Source: Thermoplasmata archaeon UBA61
Lineage (GTDB): Archaea > Thermoplasmatota > Thermoplasmata > Lutacidiplasmatales > UBA184
Direction: 5' to 3'
NCBI GenBank assembly: GCA_002503985.1
Contig: DASW01000001.1
Coordinates: 10,508-74,507 of the forward strand
Length of the DNA: 64,000 nucleotides
Part shown: positions 8,914 through 18,855 of the stretch, piece after piece
How the letters are laid out: every line of letters starts with the position of its first letter
How positions within the stretch are numbered: position 1 is the first letter of the stretch
Program-made: the position numbers and the translations under genes
The notes under the pieces: generated by a model
Told to the model about the DNA's origin: nothing
Databases searched by the model: none
What the model saw: only the letters and a program-made list of their open reading frames with translations

Positions 8914-10023
8914 GTGAACGACAAGATTCTCGTTGTCATCCCGTCCGTGCGAAATCCCGCCGTAATTTCGGACTACTCGCGAAATGCGACCGACCACCGA
9001 TTCCCGCTCTCGCGACTCTTCTTTGTCGTTTTGACAGAAGATCACGTGGAGAAGAGCGGATACCAGAACGCCTTGAGAGACTCGGGTGCAGAGGGGCTAG
9101 TGTTGAACCAGACCGACCGGGACCAAATGCTGGCGGACCTCCACCTCTCCTCATTCTCCGACCTGATTCCGCGGCGGTCGCACGCCGAAACCAGCTTTGG
9201 GGTGCTCTATCTGCACCTGCACCCGGAGTTTGCCTTCGGAATCTTCATCGACGATGACACGGCCCCGTTGCCCGCAATAGACTATTTCGGAGGTCATGTG
9301 CGGAACCTGGACTTCCGGGGTAGCGTGACCGCTGTCCGGTCCGAGTCACGTTGGACCAACGTCCTTTGGCAGAGTTTCCCGAGACACGGGCTCTACCCAC
9401 GGGGATACCCCTACGCCGCGATGAAAACGGCCCACATCCAAGAGACAGAGGCAATCGATCGTGTTGTCCTGTCCCAGGGGCTGTGGACGAATATCCCCGA
9501 CCTCGATGCTGTCCGAATCCTGATGGACGGGGACTTGCACGGTCAATCTAGGACCCGATTGACCGTCGAGGACTACCAAGGCAACTTCTCGGTTCCTCAC
9601 GGCTGCTTCACGACGGTCTGCTCGATGAACCTGGCGTTCGCTCGGGAACTCGCACCGGCATTCTATCAATTCAAGATGGACGATAATCCCTGGGCCGTCG
9701 GCCGGTTCGATGACATCTGGGCTGGAGTCGTGGCCAAGAAGGTAATCGATCAGCAGGGGTGGGCAATACTCAATGGAAACCCGTTGTGCCAGCACAACAA
9801 AGCGGAGCGAAGCACGTTCCGAGACCTCAAGGCGGAAGCCAATGGGTTAGAAGCCAACGAATGGCTCTGGATGGAGGTGGACGGTGCTCCCTTGGGGGAC
9901 GGTTCGGTAATGGACCATTCCCAAAGGATTGCCGAGCAGCTGAGTCGGTCCCGGTTCGAGTTCCTCGCCTATAGTGGGCAGTTGATGACCCGGTGGGTCG
10001 AATTGATACGGCGAACCGCCTAG
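8914..10023 (+). CDS. Reversibly glycosylated polypeptide / alpha-1,4-glucan-protein synthase family (GT75, UDP-Ara mutase-like)
   Basis: IDDD, YPRGYPY, QGLWTNIPDLDA, CSMNLAF, GRFDDIWAG. Confidence 0.88.
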   Translation: MNDKILVVIPSVRNPAVISDYSRNATDHRFPLSRLFFVVLTEDHVEKSGYQNALRDSGAEGLVLNQTDRDQMLADLHLSSFSDLIPRRSHAETSFGVLYLHLHPEFAFGIFIDDDTAPLPAIDYFGGHVRNLDFRGSVTAVRSESRWTNVLWQSFPRHGLYPRGYPYAAMKTAHIQETEAIDRVVLSQGLWTNIPDLDAVRILMDGDLHGQSRTRLTVEDYQGNFSVPHGCFTTVCSMNLAFARELAPAFYQFKMDDNPWAVGRFDDIWAGVVAKKVIDQQGWAILNGNPLCQHNKAERSTFRDLKAEANGLEANEWLWMEVDGAPLGDGSVMDHSQRIAEQLSRSRFEFLAYSGQLMTRWVELIRRTA

Positions 10024-10190
10024 GCGTGTGCCCGATGAGTTCTGGATGCCCCGTTCGAACCCGAATGGTCAACAGAGGGCCCCACGGAGGCCGTTAAGCC
10101 GTGGAGCGCGCGCGATTTCCGGGATCGACGATATTCGAGCGGAGGGCCCTAGTTCTACCACGTTGATTCTCATTAGGGGAACATCCTTCC

Positions 10191-11339
10191 ATGGAATCAC
10201 TCAAGATTAATTTCCTTCTCTACTCGATGGAAAGGACGGGCGGCGTGCGAGTGATTCTCAACTTCGCCCGTCGTCTTCACGAACGTGGCCATGGAGTAAC
10301 CTTGGTCACCGGTCGGAGGAGCGCGTGGTTTTCCCTTCCGAAAGACCTCTCGATTCGGGCGAGGCCGGGGTTGACCTACCTCGCGCATCTTGCCATTCAG
10401 CGGAAATGGAAATACTCCATTCCGCGGGAAATAGGGTACCTCGAGCGCCTTGGCGCGAAGCTGCCCCCCGCCGACGTAAACGTCGCCACATTCTCGACGA
10501 CGGTGTATCCCGTCACTCTACGATCCGCCCAGGTGACACCGTTTCACCACATGCAGCACATGGAGACCCTGTTCGCGAAGAGTCCGACGGAGCTTGGGTT
10601 CATCCGGGCCTCGTACTTTGTGCCTGCGTACCGCGTCGCCAATTCCCGGTGGTTGGCAGACCGGTACTACGACCTGACGCAGCAACGGGTACCTGTCCTC
10701 AACGCAGCGGTCGAGCACGAGGTGTTCCATCCGCAGAAAGGAGAGACGAAACCACACAACGAGTTCCGGATCGTCGCACTTGCGAAGGGCGGCTGGAAGA
10801 ACATCGACACCGTAATTCAAGTCGTGAAGAAGCTTCGCGCGGAATACGCCCCCCGAATAGACATCAGGTTGAAGCTGTTCGGTGGAAGCCGAGCCTACGT
10901 TCCCTTACGGGAAAGTTGGGTGGAGTATTGTCGAGGGTACTCGGACGATCAACTCGCAGCCCTCTACTCTAGTTCCGATGTGGAAATCACGGCGTCGTTC
11001 GCCGAGAGCTTCCCGTTACCTCCCTTGGAGGCGATGGCATGCGGATGCCCGGTCATTACCACTCCGTATGGCACCGAGGACTACGCACGCGATTCTGACA
11101 ACTGTCTGATAGTTCCGCCCAACGATCCGTCGGCCCTGTCGTCGGCCTTGCACCGGTTGCTGGACGACGGCTCCCTGGGAGAGCGGTTGTCCTCCAACGG
11201 GCTGGCGACGGCGGCCCGCTTCAACTACGACGACCAGACGAAGCTCTACGAAGCGAGTCTTCGAGAGGCCATCGCCCAACACTCACAAGAGCAAAACAAT
11301 CTCAAGAGCGTCTTTGACCGCTACTTGATTCCCGTCTGA
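10191..11339 (+). CDS. Glycosyltransferase family 4
   Basis: TGGVRV, ESFPLPPLEAMACGCPV. Confidence 0.92.
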   Translation: MESLKINFLLYSMERTGGVRVILNFARRLHERGHGVTLVTGRRSAWFSLPKDLSIRARPGLTYLAHLAIQRKWKYSIPREIGYLERLGAKLPPADVNVATFSTTVYPVTLRSAQVTPFHHMQHMETLFAKSPTELGFIRASYFVPAYRVANSRWLADRYYDLTQQRVPVLNAAVEHEVFHPQKGETKPHNEFRIVALAKGGWKNIDTVIQVVKKLRAEYAPRIDIRLKLFGGSRAYVPLRESWVEYCRGYSDDQLAALYSSSDVEITASFAESFPLPPLEAMACGCPVITTPYGTEDYARDSDNCLIVPPNDPSALSSALHRLLDDGSLGERLSSNGLATAARFNYDDQTKLYEASLREAIAQHSQEQNNLKSVFDRYLIPV

Positions 11340-11372
11340 ACGGACTCAGACGAGTCGAAACCCGAGGCGAAC

Positions 11373-12398
11373 TTGACGACACCGACCATTTCGGTCATTG
11401 TCCTCGCGCACGACCGACGGCAGTACTTGACCGCGGCAATCGACAGTCTCCTCCAGCAGGACCTGGACCGAAATCGATTCGAGATCATCGTCGTGAAGAA
11501 TTTCGCGGATGAAGCGATCGATGCTCGCCTCGAGCGGGAGGGCGTCCATTGGGTTCGCTGCGACGAGGTCCCAATTTCGGCCAAGGTCGCTGAGGGCATT
11601 CGACAGAGTCAGGGCGCCGTGCTGACCTTCTTGGAGGACGATGACCTGTACGAGACCTCGAGACTCCGACAGATTTGGGAATCGTTCCAAGCCGATCCGC
11701 AGCTGGGTTTCTATCGGAATCGATTCACGTACATTGGGGCCGACGGGAAGCCCCTGCGCTCCAGCGACATTCGGGCCTTCAGGCTGCGACGCATAACGAA
11801 GACGAACCGAGTCGTACTTCGCCCCGAAACCAAGCTCCAGGAAACCAATCGTCTCATTGGCCAGTACCCGGACTTCAACCTGAGTTCCAGCGCGATTCAT
11901 CGCCGAGTCGTCGACACAATCGCTTCGGTCCTGACTCGGGTGGAGGTCACGATTGACACTCTCCTCTTCTTTGCCGCGTTAGTCGCCGAGTGTTCGATCT
12001 TACTGGATGGAGATGCCCTCACCCGATATCGGGTTCATGGGGAGAGCTCGACCCTTGCGGGATCCGGGTCTCCGGATGCTCGCATCGACAAGCTCCTGCA
12101 GTTCGCGGACCTCACGGAGAGGGACTATCTCATAATCCGCGAGTTCGTCGCAACGTTTCACCGAGAGACCGCGCTCCGGTTGATCGATGCACGCATCTGG
12201 GTCAATCGCCTCACTCGACTTTTCCGGTCGCCCGACAGCCAACGACGAGGTTTCCTTGCCCTCCTCCGGGATGTTCGTCCGCTTGCCGATACGTACCCGG
12301 TTCGAGAAGACCTGGTTGGCGTTGTCGGGATCCTGCCATTCCTAGTCTCGCCGTCCCTGGGTCGGCGGCTCTACCATCGCCAGGTTTCCGTTCGCTGA
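11373..12398 (+). CDS. Glycosyltransferase family 2
   Basis: ISVIV..AIDSLLQQ..EIIVV, FLEDDD, YRVHG. Confidence 0.9.
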   Translation: MTTPTISVIVLAHDRRQYLTAAIDSLLQQDLDRNRFEIIVVKNFADEAIDARLEREGVHWVRCDEVPISAKVAEGIRQSQGAVLTFLEDDDLYETSRLRQIWESFQADPQLGFYRNRFTYIGADGKPLRSSDIRAFRLRRITKTNRVVLRPETKLQETNRLIGQYPDFNLSSSAIHRRVVDTIASVLTRVEVTIDTLLFFAALVAECSILLDGDALTRYRVHGESSTLAGSGSPDARIDKLLQFADLTERDYLIIREFVATFHRETALRLIDARIWVNRLTRLFRSPDSQRRGFLALLRDVRPLADTYPVREDLVGVVGILPFLVSPSLGRRLYHRQVSVR

Positions 12399-12489
12399 GG
12401 GCGAAGCCCCTGCCCTGCACCTACGCGTAGGAGCGCGGACGAGCGGAATTAGCTCCCGCGCGCCGACGTCCCAGTGGGCGGCCACCCCT

Positions 12490-14802
12490 CTATCCTCGGG
12501 TGAGCTCGATATAATTCAGGGTCACCTCACCGTTAGGGGTGCCACCGGAGTAGGCGAGGTAACCCCGAAGCTCCACCAAGGGATAGGGCTCAGAGACGAG
12601 GATCTGCCAAGAAAGGGCCGTCCACCCTACGGGGTTCAGCTGCGACGCGAGGATGCGCAAATTGAAGAAGTGCGTGGCGACGGACAGCCCTACGTAAGGG
12701 CCTCCGTTCATGAGGAGGACGGGATTGGAAATGTTGCCGCCCGGCAACAAGCCACCGGAAACATTCACCGTAACGATGTAGCTTCCGGCCAACAACGAGA
12801 CGTACGGGCCGAACCAGATGCAGGATGGCGTGTAGCTCGGCTTCGGGGCCCCGACACTCCGTACGACGCTCCCGAATTTCCCAGACGGGTCCTTGGAAAT
12901 CTGCCCCGAGACCCCAATCGAGAGATTCGTCGCGGTGTAGTAGTAGGTGGTCGGGGCCGCGGTCGCGAGCCGCATCGCGGAAGGTCCGGTGTATCCGGCC
13001 TCGAAGAGGTAGATTGTCCCGGGATACTGGTCGGAGAACACGAAAGCCACTATCCCGTAGGTCGACGTGTTGAACAGCAGGTTGCTGATGGATGTGGGGA
13101 GGTCGAACCAGTCCGAGCTGTCCACCAGAACGAACCGAGGAAGATTCGAGGCCGAGAAGGGGAATTTCATCGGCGGTTGGCCCGGGATTACGGGGAACCA
13201 CGGTACCGCCCATGCGTTGGGGTTGTTGGCCACGTAGGGAAACAGGACGTCCGAGGCGAGCACGACGGCGTCGGAAGGAATACGGTTCACGAGCCACTCC
13301 ATGTACTGCGACGACGGGTTCGCACTGTACTTCAACCAGTATCCGGGATATGGCGTGGCCTCGTAATTCTCGGTATTGAGCGGGGACATGATCAGATTGA
13401 ACGCTACAAACGTGACGAGAACGACTCCCACCGCCGCCATCCTTGGCCGTGAAGCGCGCCATCGCGCCATCTTTGGACCCGAGCGATCGGTCACCGTTCC
13501 GCGGTCGTGGTGCCAGAGAAAGTACACGACAAGAATCGTCGCAGCGACGGGCAGTCCGATCAGCAGAAACAGCCAATTCGCCGGGGCCGCCAGCATGAGG
13601 CGGGACCAGAAGATTGCGGCGGTGAGCACGGCGAGGCCCGCGGCGAGGAGTAGGCCCATCGTCGCGATTCCCCGACGGCCGTGGAACGGGAGCTGCTCGA
13701 TCCTTCCCGCACCGTAGATGAGTGGGACCGCGAGGGTGGCGACGGCTACGAGAGCGTATTGGTTCCCGTAGCCGGACGAGAAGGACGGAGTCAGGAAGAC
13801 GGAGTACGTGAACCACGGCACCGTCAGGAGAAGGTATCGCGGCGCGAACAGAGGAAGGAAGGCGAACGCCGCCAGCAGAAGAAGCCAGTAGTCCGCGGAA
13901 AGCCGGAGGGACATCGGCGTGGAATTGACCGCTAGGATCTTGGTAACGCCCTGAGAAAGGCCAGGGGTGACGCCTGCCCCCGCGAGGGGTGGAATCACCA
14001 AGAACATCGTAATTCGCAGCACGACGTAGACCACGGCCATACTCAGCAGCAACAAAAACGACATCCGGACAAGTCGATCCCGGAACAATGATTTCCAACG
14101 AGGACCGACGTCCATCGCCCGCTCGTAGATCACGAGAACGGCAACTCCGCCGACCAGGAAGGGAAAAACTTCCAGTGTCAGGATCCCGATGACGCTCGGG
14201 ACGACGCTCCATGCGTAGCGTCGGGTCCGGAACAGGTAGAAGAACGACAGAAACTCAAGAGGCATGAACGCCTCCCAGTGAAAGTCGTACAATAGCGCAG
14301 AAAGCACGGGGAAGCTCGCGATGTACAGACCAATGACGAGGAAGACCAGCGTGCGACTCTTGAGCTGGTCCCGTGCAATCAGGTAAATAGGAAACGCCGA
14401 TGCCACGAAGATCACGCTTTGCAGCGCGAACAGGGTGACGGGGAAGGGAGCGGCCGCATACGCCGGTGCGATGAGAAATGCGATGTACGTGCTATGAACC
14501 TGCAAGAAGGAGGCTAGGCCGTAGAACTCGGCGTCACCCGTCTCATACAGCAGGCGGCCGTGTGCCCCTGTCCACAGGAGCTGTTGGTTGATGCCGAGGT
14601 CCCAATTCGTGGTGAAGAAATCATCGAAACGAAGAAGACCGAGATACGTCAAGAGAGCTACATAGGCCGATCCCGCCACCAAGAGGATGGCGAGATCTGT
14701 GACGGGCAACCGAAGGATGGTTCTACCCGGTCGCGGGCTGATTGAGGGTTGTGCTGTCTCGCCCTTACAATTCATGTCCGGCTGAGAGCCAAGGTTGGTC
14801 AT
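12490..14802 (-). CDS. DUF2079-like multi-pass membrane protein (possible GT-C fold)
   Basis: WDLGINQQ, VHSTY, LYDFHWEAF, many TM helices, extracellular C-terminal domain. Confidence 0.8.
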   Translation of the reverse strand: MTNLGSQPDMNCKGETAQPSISPRPGRTILRLPVTDLAILLVAGSAYVALLTYLGLLRFDDFFTTNWDLGINQQLLWTGAHGRLLYETGDAEFYGLASFLQVHSTYIAFLIAPAYAAAPFPVTLFALQSVIFVASAFPIYLIARDQLKSRTLVFLVIGLYIASFPVLSALLYDFHWEAFMPLEFLSFFYLFRTRRYAWSVVPSVIGILTLEVFPFLVGGVAVLVIYERAMDVGPRWKSLFRDRLVRMSFLLLLSMAVVYVVLRITMFLVIPPLAGAGVTPGLSQGVTKILAVNSTPMSLRLSADYWLLLLAAFAFLPLFAPRYLLLTVPWFTYSVFLTPSFSSGYGNQYALVAVATLAVPLIYGAGRIEQLPFHGRRGIATMGLLLAAGLAVLTAAIFWSRLMLAAPANWLFLLIGLPVAATILVVYFLWHHDRGTVTDRSGPKMARWRASRPRMAAVGVVLVTFVAFNLIMSPLNTENYEATPYPGYWLKYSANPSSQYMEWLVNRIPSDAVVLASDVLFPYVANNPNAWAVPWFPVIPGQPPMKFPFSASNLPRFVLVDSSDWFDLPTSISNLLFNTSTYGIVAFVFSDQYPGTIYLFEAGYTGPSAMRLATAAPTTYYYTATNLSIGVSGQISKDPSGKFGSVVRSVGAPKPSYTPSCIWFGPYVSLLAGSYIVTVNVSGGLLPGGNISNPVLLMNGGPYVGLSVATHFFNLRILASQLNPVGWTALSWQILVSEPYPLVELRGYLAYSGGTPNGEVTLNYIELTRG

Positions 14803-14942
14803 CTATTCCGCAATGCAAGGGCTTGTCTGGACACATATAGGTCTTGGGTCGCAGTAACGCCTCCCCAGCTCACGTGGGGAATGCGTCGGATGGGAGAGCC
14901 CAGCACTCGCGCCCTCATTCCCCCCGGTGAATGTCGTTCGGG

Positions 14943-16265
14943 TCACCCTTTCGGACCATCGCGAGGCGGACCTATTGCCGATAGGGTGGCTCGGTACAGC
15001 TCCACGTGCGATTGACCAATTCGGTCCCAGGACTCCCTCGCGGCCAACTGGTTCAGCCCTGAGGCAAGTTGAGTTCGAAGCCGAGCGTCGGTAAGAACTC
15101 GACGTATCCCAGTAGCAATCGATGCCGGGGTCGGGGGAACGTGGAGGGCTTCGACTTCATCCACGAGCTCATCGAACCGTGGAACGTCCGAGCATAGAAT
15201 GGGAGTGCCGCAGGAGGCGACGTCGTGGACTACACCGCTGATTTCCACAAACCGGTCCTTGTACGGCAGAACAATCAGTGCGGCTCCTTGAACTAAAAGG
15301 CCCTTCTCCGCGTAACTGATGAACTCATTTCGTAACGTGATCCGGTCGCGAAACGGATGGCGTGCCAACGCGTCGTTAAGCGCCACGACGAATGCGGACT
15401 CCTGCCGCTTGGCGGGCGCCCCGGCGATAACGAGGCCGAGGTCGGGGAACTCGGACGCAATCGTCGCATACGCGTCCAAGAGCTCGAGGATTCCCTTGCT
15501 GGGGCGAAGAAATCCGAAGAATAACAGGTAGGGCTTCTCAGGTTTTGGACGTTGAGGTGGGGCCGGATCACAGCCCATTGGAATTACCGTGACGTTGTCC
15601 AGCCCGTAGCTCGCCGCGAGCTCGGAACGCATGCGCTCTGACAGAACGACCGTGCGGGAGGCGGAGTGGGCCGTCCTCCGCACCATGGTACGGAAGACGC
15701 GGAAGCTGAGTCGGTCCCACAGCCTTGCTCCGCTGTCCCTCGCCACAACGCCGTGAAATGTCACAACGACCGGGCATTGCTGGGAGACTCGCGAAACGAA
15801 CAGGGGAAGCGAAAGCAGCGTGCGTACGGCGCCGCCGAAAGCGCGATACTCGAATTGTAGGTGACAAAGGAGGGGCTGCTTCTGGCGGACGGTTTTCACC
15901 AGATTCCCCAGCGGCTGCTCGGTGCGGAGGAGCTCGACCCCTAGGGTTGCATAGAGCTTGCGAGCATAGTGACTGGTACCGAGGCGCTCCCGCGAGGTGG
16001 CGACGCTTACGATTCGGCCTCCCCCCAACTCGCCCCTGAAGCCCGCGCTTTCCAGGAGCAGAATTCCCTCCTTCGGAGACGTCGCGTCGGCTTCACCTCT
16101 CGAGCGCGATTGCAGCCCGAGAGGTCGGCCTGCGTCTACAATGGCATTCCCTGTAGTGATTACCAGCTCAGGAGGGTTTGGAGCGGATACCTTGGACGGC
16201 GTCTTGGTCTCCTGACCAGAGGACCCAGCGCGGCTCACATCCGCCTCCTTGTAAACTCTAGCCAC
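14943..16265 (-). CDS. Glycosyltransferase family 4 (start uncertain, may be about 80 codons shorter)
   Basis: VVVTFH, FFGFLRPSKG, LPY..SGV..CGTPIL. Confidence 0.86.
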   Translation of the reverse strand: MARVYKEADVSRAGSSGQETKTPSKVSAPNPPELVITTGNAIVDAGRPLGLQSRSRGEADATSPKEGILLLESAGFRGELGGGRIVSVATSRERLGTSHYARKLYATLGVELLRTEQPLGNLVKTVRQKQPLLCHLQFEYRAFGGAVRTLLSLPLFVSRVSQQCPVVVTFHGVVARDSGARLWDRLSFRVFRTMVRRTAHSASRTVVLSERMRSELAASYGLDNVTVIPMGCDPAPPQRPKPEKPYLLFFGFLRPSKGILELLDAYATIASEFPDLGLVIAGAPAKRQESAFVVALNDALARHPFRDRITLRNEFISYAEKGLLVQGAALIVLPYKDRFVEISGVVHDVASCGTPILCSDVPRFDELVDEVEALHVPPTPASIATGIRRVLTDARLRTQLASGLNQLAARESWDRIGQSHVELYRATLSAIGPPRDGPKG

Positions 16266-16525
16266 GCGGAGCCACGTGGGACCCGGTACGCCTTGCCCGA
16301 TGCCTGAATCCGTAGGGCTGCTGATCCAGGTGCGCGGGTGAGTAGGGTCATCCTATCTTCACGTTGTTTCCCTGCCTGGGAACTCTGTCTTTCCACGGTA
16401 CTCTCCAACCACACCGTGGCACCGGCAACGGAAGAAGCTCGTTTCATCGATTAAAGCCTCTCAGGATCGCCAGAGGCGTATGGGAATCCCATGAAGACCC
16501 GCCCTCGGTAGACGTTTCGGTCGCC

Positions 16526-18610
16526 TCATGGGAAACAGCCGGTCTGATTGACTTCGGGAACGAACGAGAAAACTCGGGCGTCGCCGGAGCTGAATAGCGA
16601 GGAAAAGTCCGGGGAAACAAGCAAAGGAGTGCCCACAAACGAAGGATACGAGACTGAAGTCTGGCCGGTGACGAAGATCTCCGTGACTCCCAAGCTCTGG
16701 AGGGCGCTCTGAGTGGTCGAGGAGTATTCACCGGCCGTCAGATTGGAGATTGCAATCACGTAGGCCTGATTCGTTGGCACTGGGTTCATGGGGAATACCA
16801 GGTGAACATTACTGTACTCCGGGAGGAATTGGCCCGAAGACCCCGGTGCGACTAGCACTGAAGAGCACGAAGGGAGGTGGCTCCCAATCCATTCCATCAC
16901 GGCTACGTCTCCTATCGTAACGTTCGAGGTCTTTCCGACGTTCTGTTGGATGAGCGAGGGCCCATCGGCAAGGGTGAGCCAAGCGCCCGTAGAGAGAGGA
17001 ATCACGAGGACAAGGACCGCCACGATTCCGACGACCGTTCGGACTCTGTGTGCTCTCGGAATCCGCCGTGCACGCGATGGCGGTGAGCCCGTCTCGTCCT
17101 GTGGTGGCGGTAGTGACCGAGACTGAGACGGGAGGCGCCCCGCTAGCGCGCTCAACCCCAAGGCCAGGGGGAAGACGCACCCAGCCGAGAAGAAGAGGAA
17201 GAGCAGGATCGACGACTGGTCGAGGTTGGTGACACTTCGGATGTCCGAAGCTACGGGTCCGGGGAGCGCAGTGAATAGGAGAACTCCAGTCAGGACGAAC
17301 ATTGCCGCCGTTCCGACCCACAGGTCGGACGCGAAGCGAGAGAGAGGTAGGAACCGAGGCCTGTTGGGGTCCCGCACGAGAGCCCAGGCCGCGAGGACCA
17401 GGCCGACGACCAGCAGGACCTGGAGCTCGAAGCTCAACCAACCAAGGGGGGACATTTTGTCCTTCCAGGCAACCAGCGGGTCGAGCTCGCCTTCGATCAA
17501 CCGCTGGTTCAGGGTCCCGAACTCGCTGCCCGGGGTGTATCCCGACCCGCCGTACACTACCCAGGCGACCACGCTTCGGAGGGTGAAGAGGACCTCGAAC
17601 CCCGCGACGATGGCCGCGCGTCCGAGCCAGGAGACGAGGGCGTTCGCGTCCCTCCAATGAGTCGCGATTGCAAACGCCAGCACGAGGACGATGAGGGCTT
17701 CGCCGGCGGCGAGGCTCAGGGAGGCAAGGACCCCGGCCAGCAGCCCGAAGGCGAGGACCTGGCTCACGGCAATACGTTCGATCCGAACAAAGGCCGGGAC
17801 GAGGGCGAGCGCGAGGAGGAACAGCGGTAGGGCGAAGGCGAAATCGTACGAACCTCCGGTGTAGAATCGTGGCCAGCTCGCGACGAGACCAAAGAAGGCG
17901 GCGAACAGAAGTCCCATCCATCGGCCAGAGGTGGATGAGCCGCCACCCCAGCGCGCCCCCCAAACGTACGCGGCAGGCACCGTGAGACTGAGGAAGAGAG
18001 GCGGCAACAGCACGGGCGTTTGGACAACGGGCCAGCCGAGGATCAGAACGGGCAGCGTCATCCAGACCGTGGTGGCCAGGGGATAGATGACCGGGGCGGA
18101 GGCGAACGGAGAAAGAGTGGTCGGCAGAGTCCCGTTACGGAGGGTTAGGTTCATCCACAGCGCGGTGACGCTGCCGTCCCACGCGTTCGGGAACGGGTGG
18201 TTCCAGATTGGAACAACCTCGAAGACGAGAAGGCCCAAGAACCCGAGACCTAAGACAATCGCCGTGGGGGTGAGGACGAAGGCGGCCCCCGCTCGCAATC
18301 CTCGCCCTTTGTCCCAGAACGCGAAGAGCCCGTAGACCACGGCCCCGAGCGCCAGAACAACCACAACCAGCGGGGCTCCGTAGACCGGGACCGGAATTGA
18401 GACAATTACGAAGATGAGGGCACCCGCGGCGTAGAACGCGATGAGAAGACGTTCGATAATCGACAAGCGGAAGGTACGTCCCAGGATTCGCTCGACGCCC
18501 TTCAGGAGGGCGAGACCCGTCGGAAGGAGTGCAACCAGGAGAAGCAAGCTTCCCCCGACCACCTCGCCGGGAGATGCCGGCACGGCGTCTCCGAGTCGAC
18601 CCGAGCACAA
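16526..18610 (-). CDS. Large multi-pass membrane protein (probable glycan assembly, GT-C-like)
   Basis: More than 10 hydrophobic segments, N-terminal loop AWDG..YPL, C-terminal extracellular domain; island context. Confidence 0.72.
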   Translation of the reverse strand: MCSGRLGDAVPASPGEVVGGSLLLLVALLPTGLALLKGVERILGRTFRLSIIERLLIAFYAAGALIFVIVSIPVPVYGAPLVVVVLALGAVVYGLFAFWDKGRGLRAGAAFVLTPTAIVLGLGFLGLLVFEVVPIWNHPFPNAWDGSVTALWMNLTLRNGTLPTTLSPFASAPVIYPLATTVWMTLPVLILGWPVVQTPVLLPPLFLSLTVPAAYVWGARWGGGSSTSGRWMGLLFAAFFGLVASWPRFYTGGSYDFAFALPLFLLALALVPAFVRIERIAVSQVLAFGLLAGVLASLSLAAGEALIVLVLAFAIATHWRDANALVSWLGRAAIVAGFEVLFTLRSVVAWVVYGGSGYTPGSEFGTLNQRLIEGELDPLVAWKDKMSPLGWLSFELQVLLVVGLVLAAWALVRDPNRPRFLPLSRFASDLWVGTAAMFVLTGVLLFTALPGPVASDIRSVTNLDQSSILLFLFFSAGCVFPLALGLSALAGRLPSQSRSLPPPQDETGSPPSRARRIPRAHRVRTVVGIVAVLVLVIPLSTGAWLTLADGPSLIQQNVGKTSNVTIGDVAVMEWIGSHLPSCSSVLVAPGSSGQFLPEYSNVHLVFPMNPVPTNQAYVIAISNLTAGEYSSTTQSALQSLGVTEIFVTGQTSVSYPSFVGTPLLVSPDFSSLFSSGDARVFSFVPEVNQTGCFP

Positions 18611-18855
18611 ATACCCGTCGAACCCGGCGCCCTCTCAGGTCCGCTGCAGGTCGGAGGTCCCTGCGGAGTACGGCCAAGGGGTCGGACGATCTCGGGGCAC
18701 AATCGCGAATCGGTCGAGTGTTCGCCCGCATCTACGGACCTATTAAGGGTCCCCTTTTCCCATGCCGATGGCTACGTCTTCCGGAATCCGACGTTCACGA
18801 TTCGAGGACGCCGAACGGCCCGGAACGGTCGATGTAGGGCCTGAGATCCCAGGGG

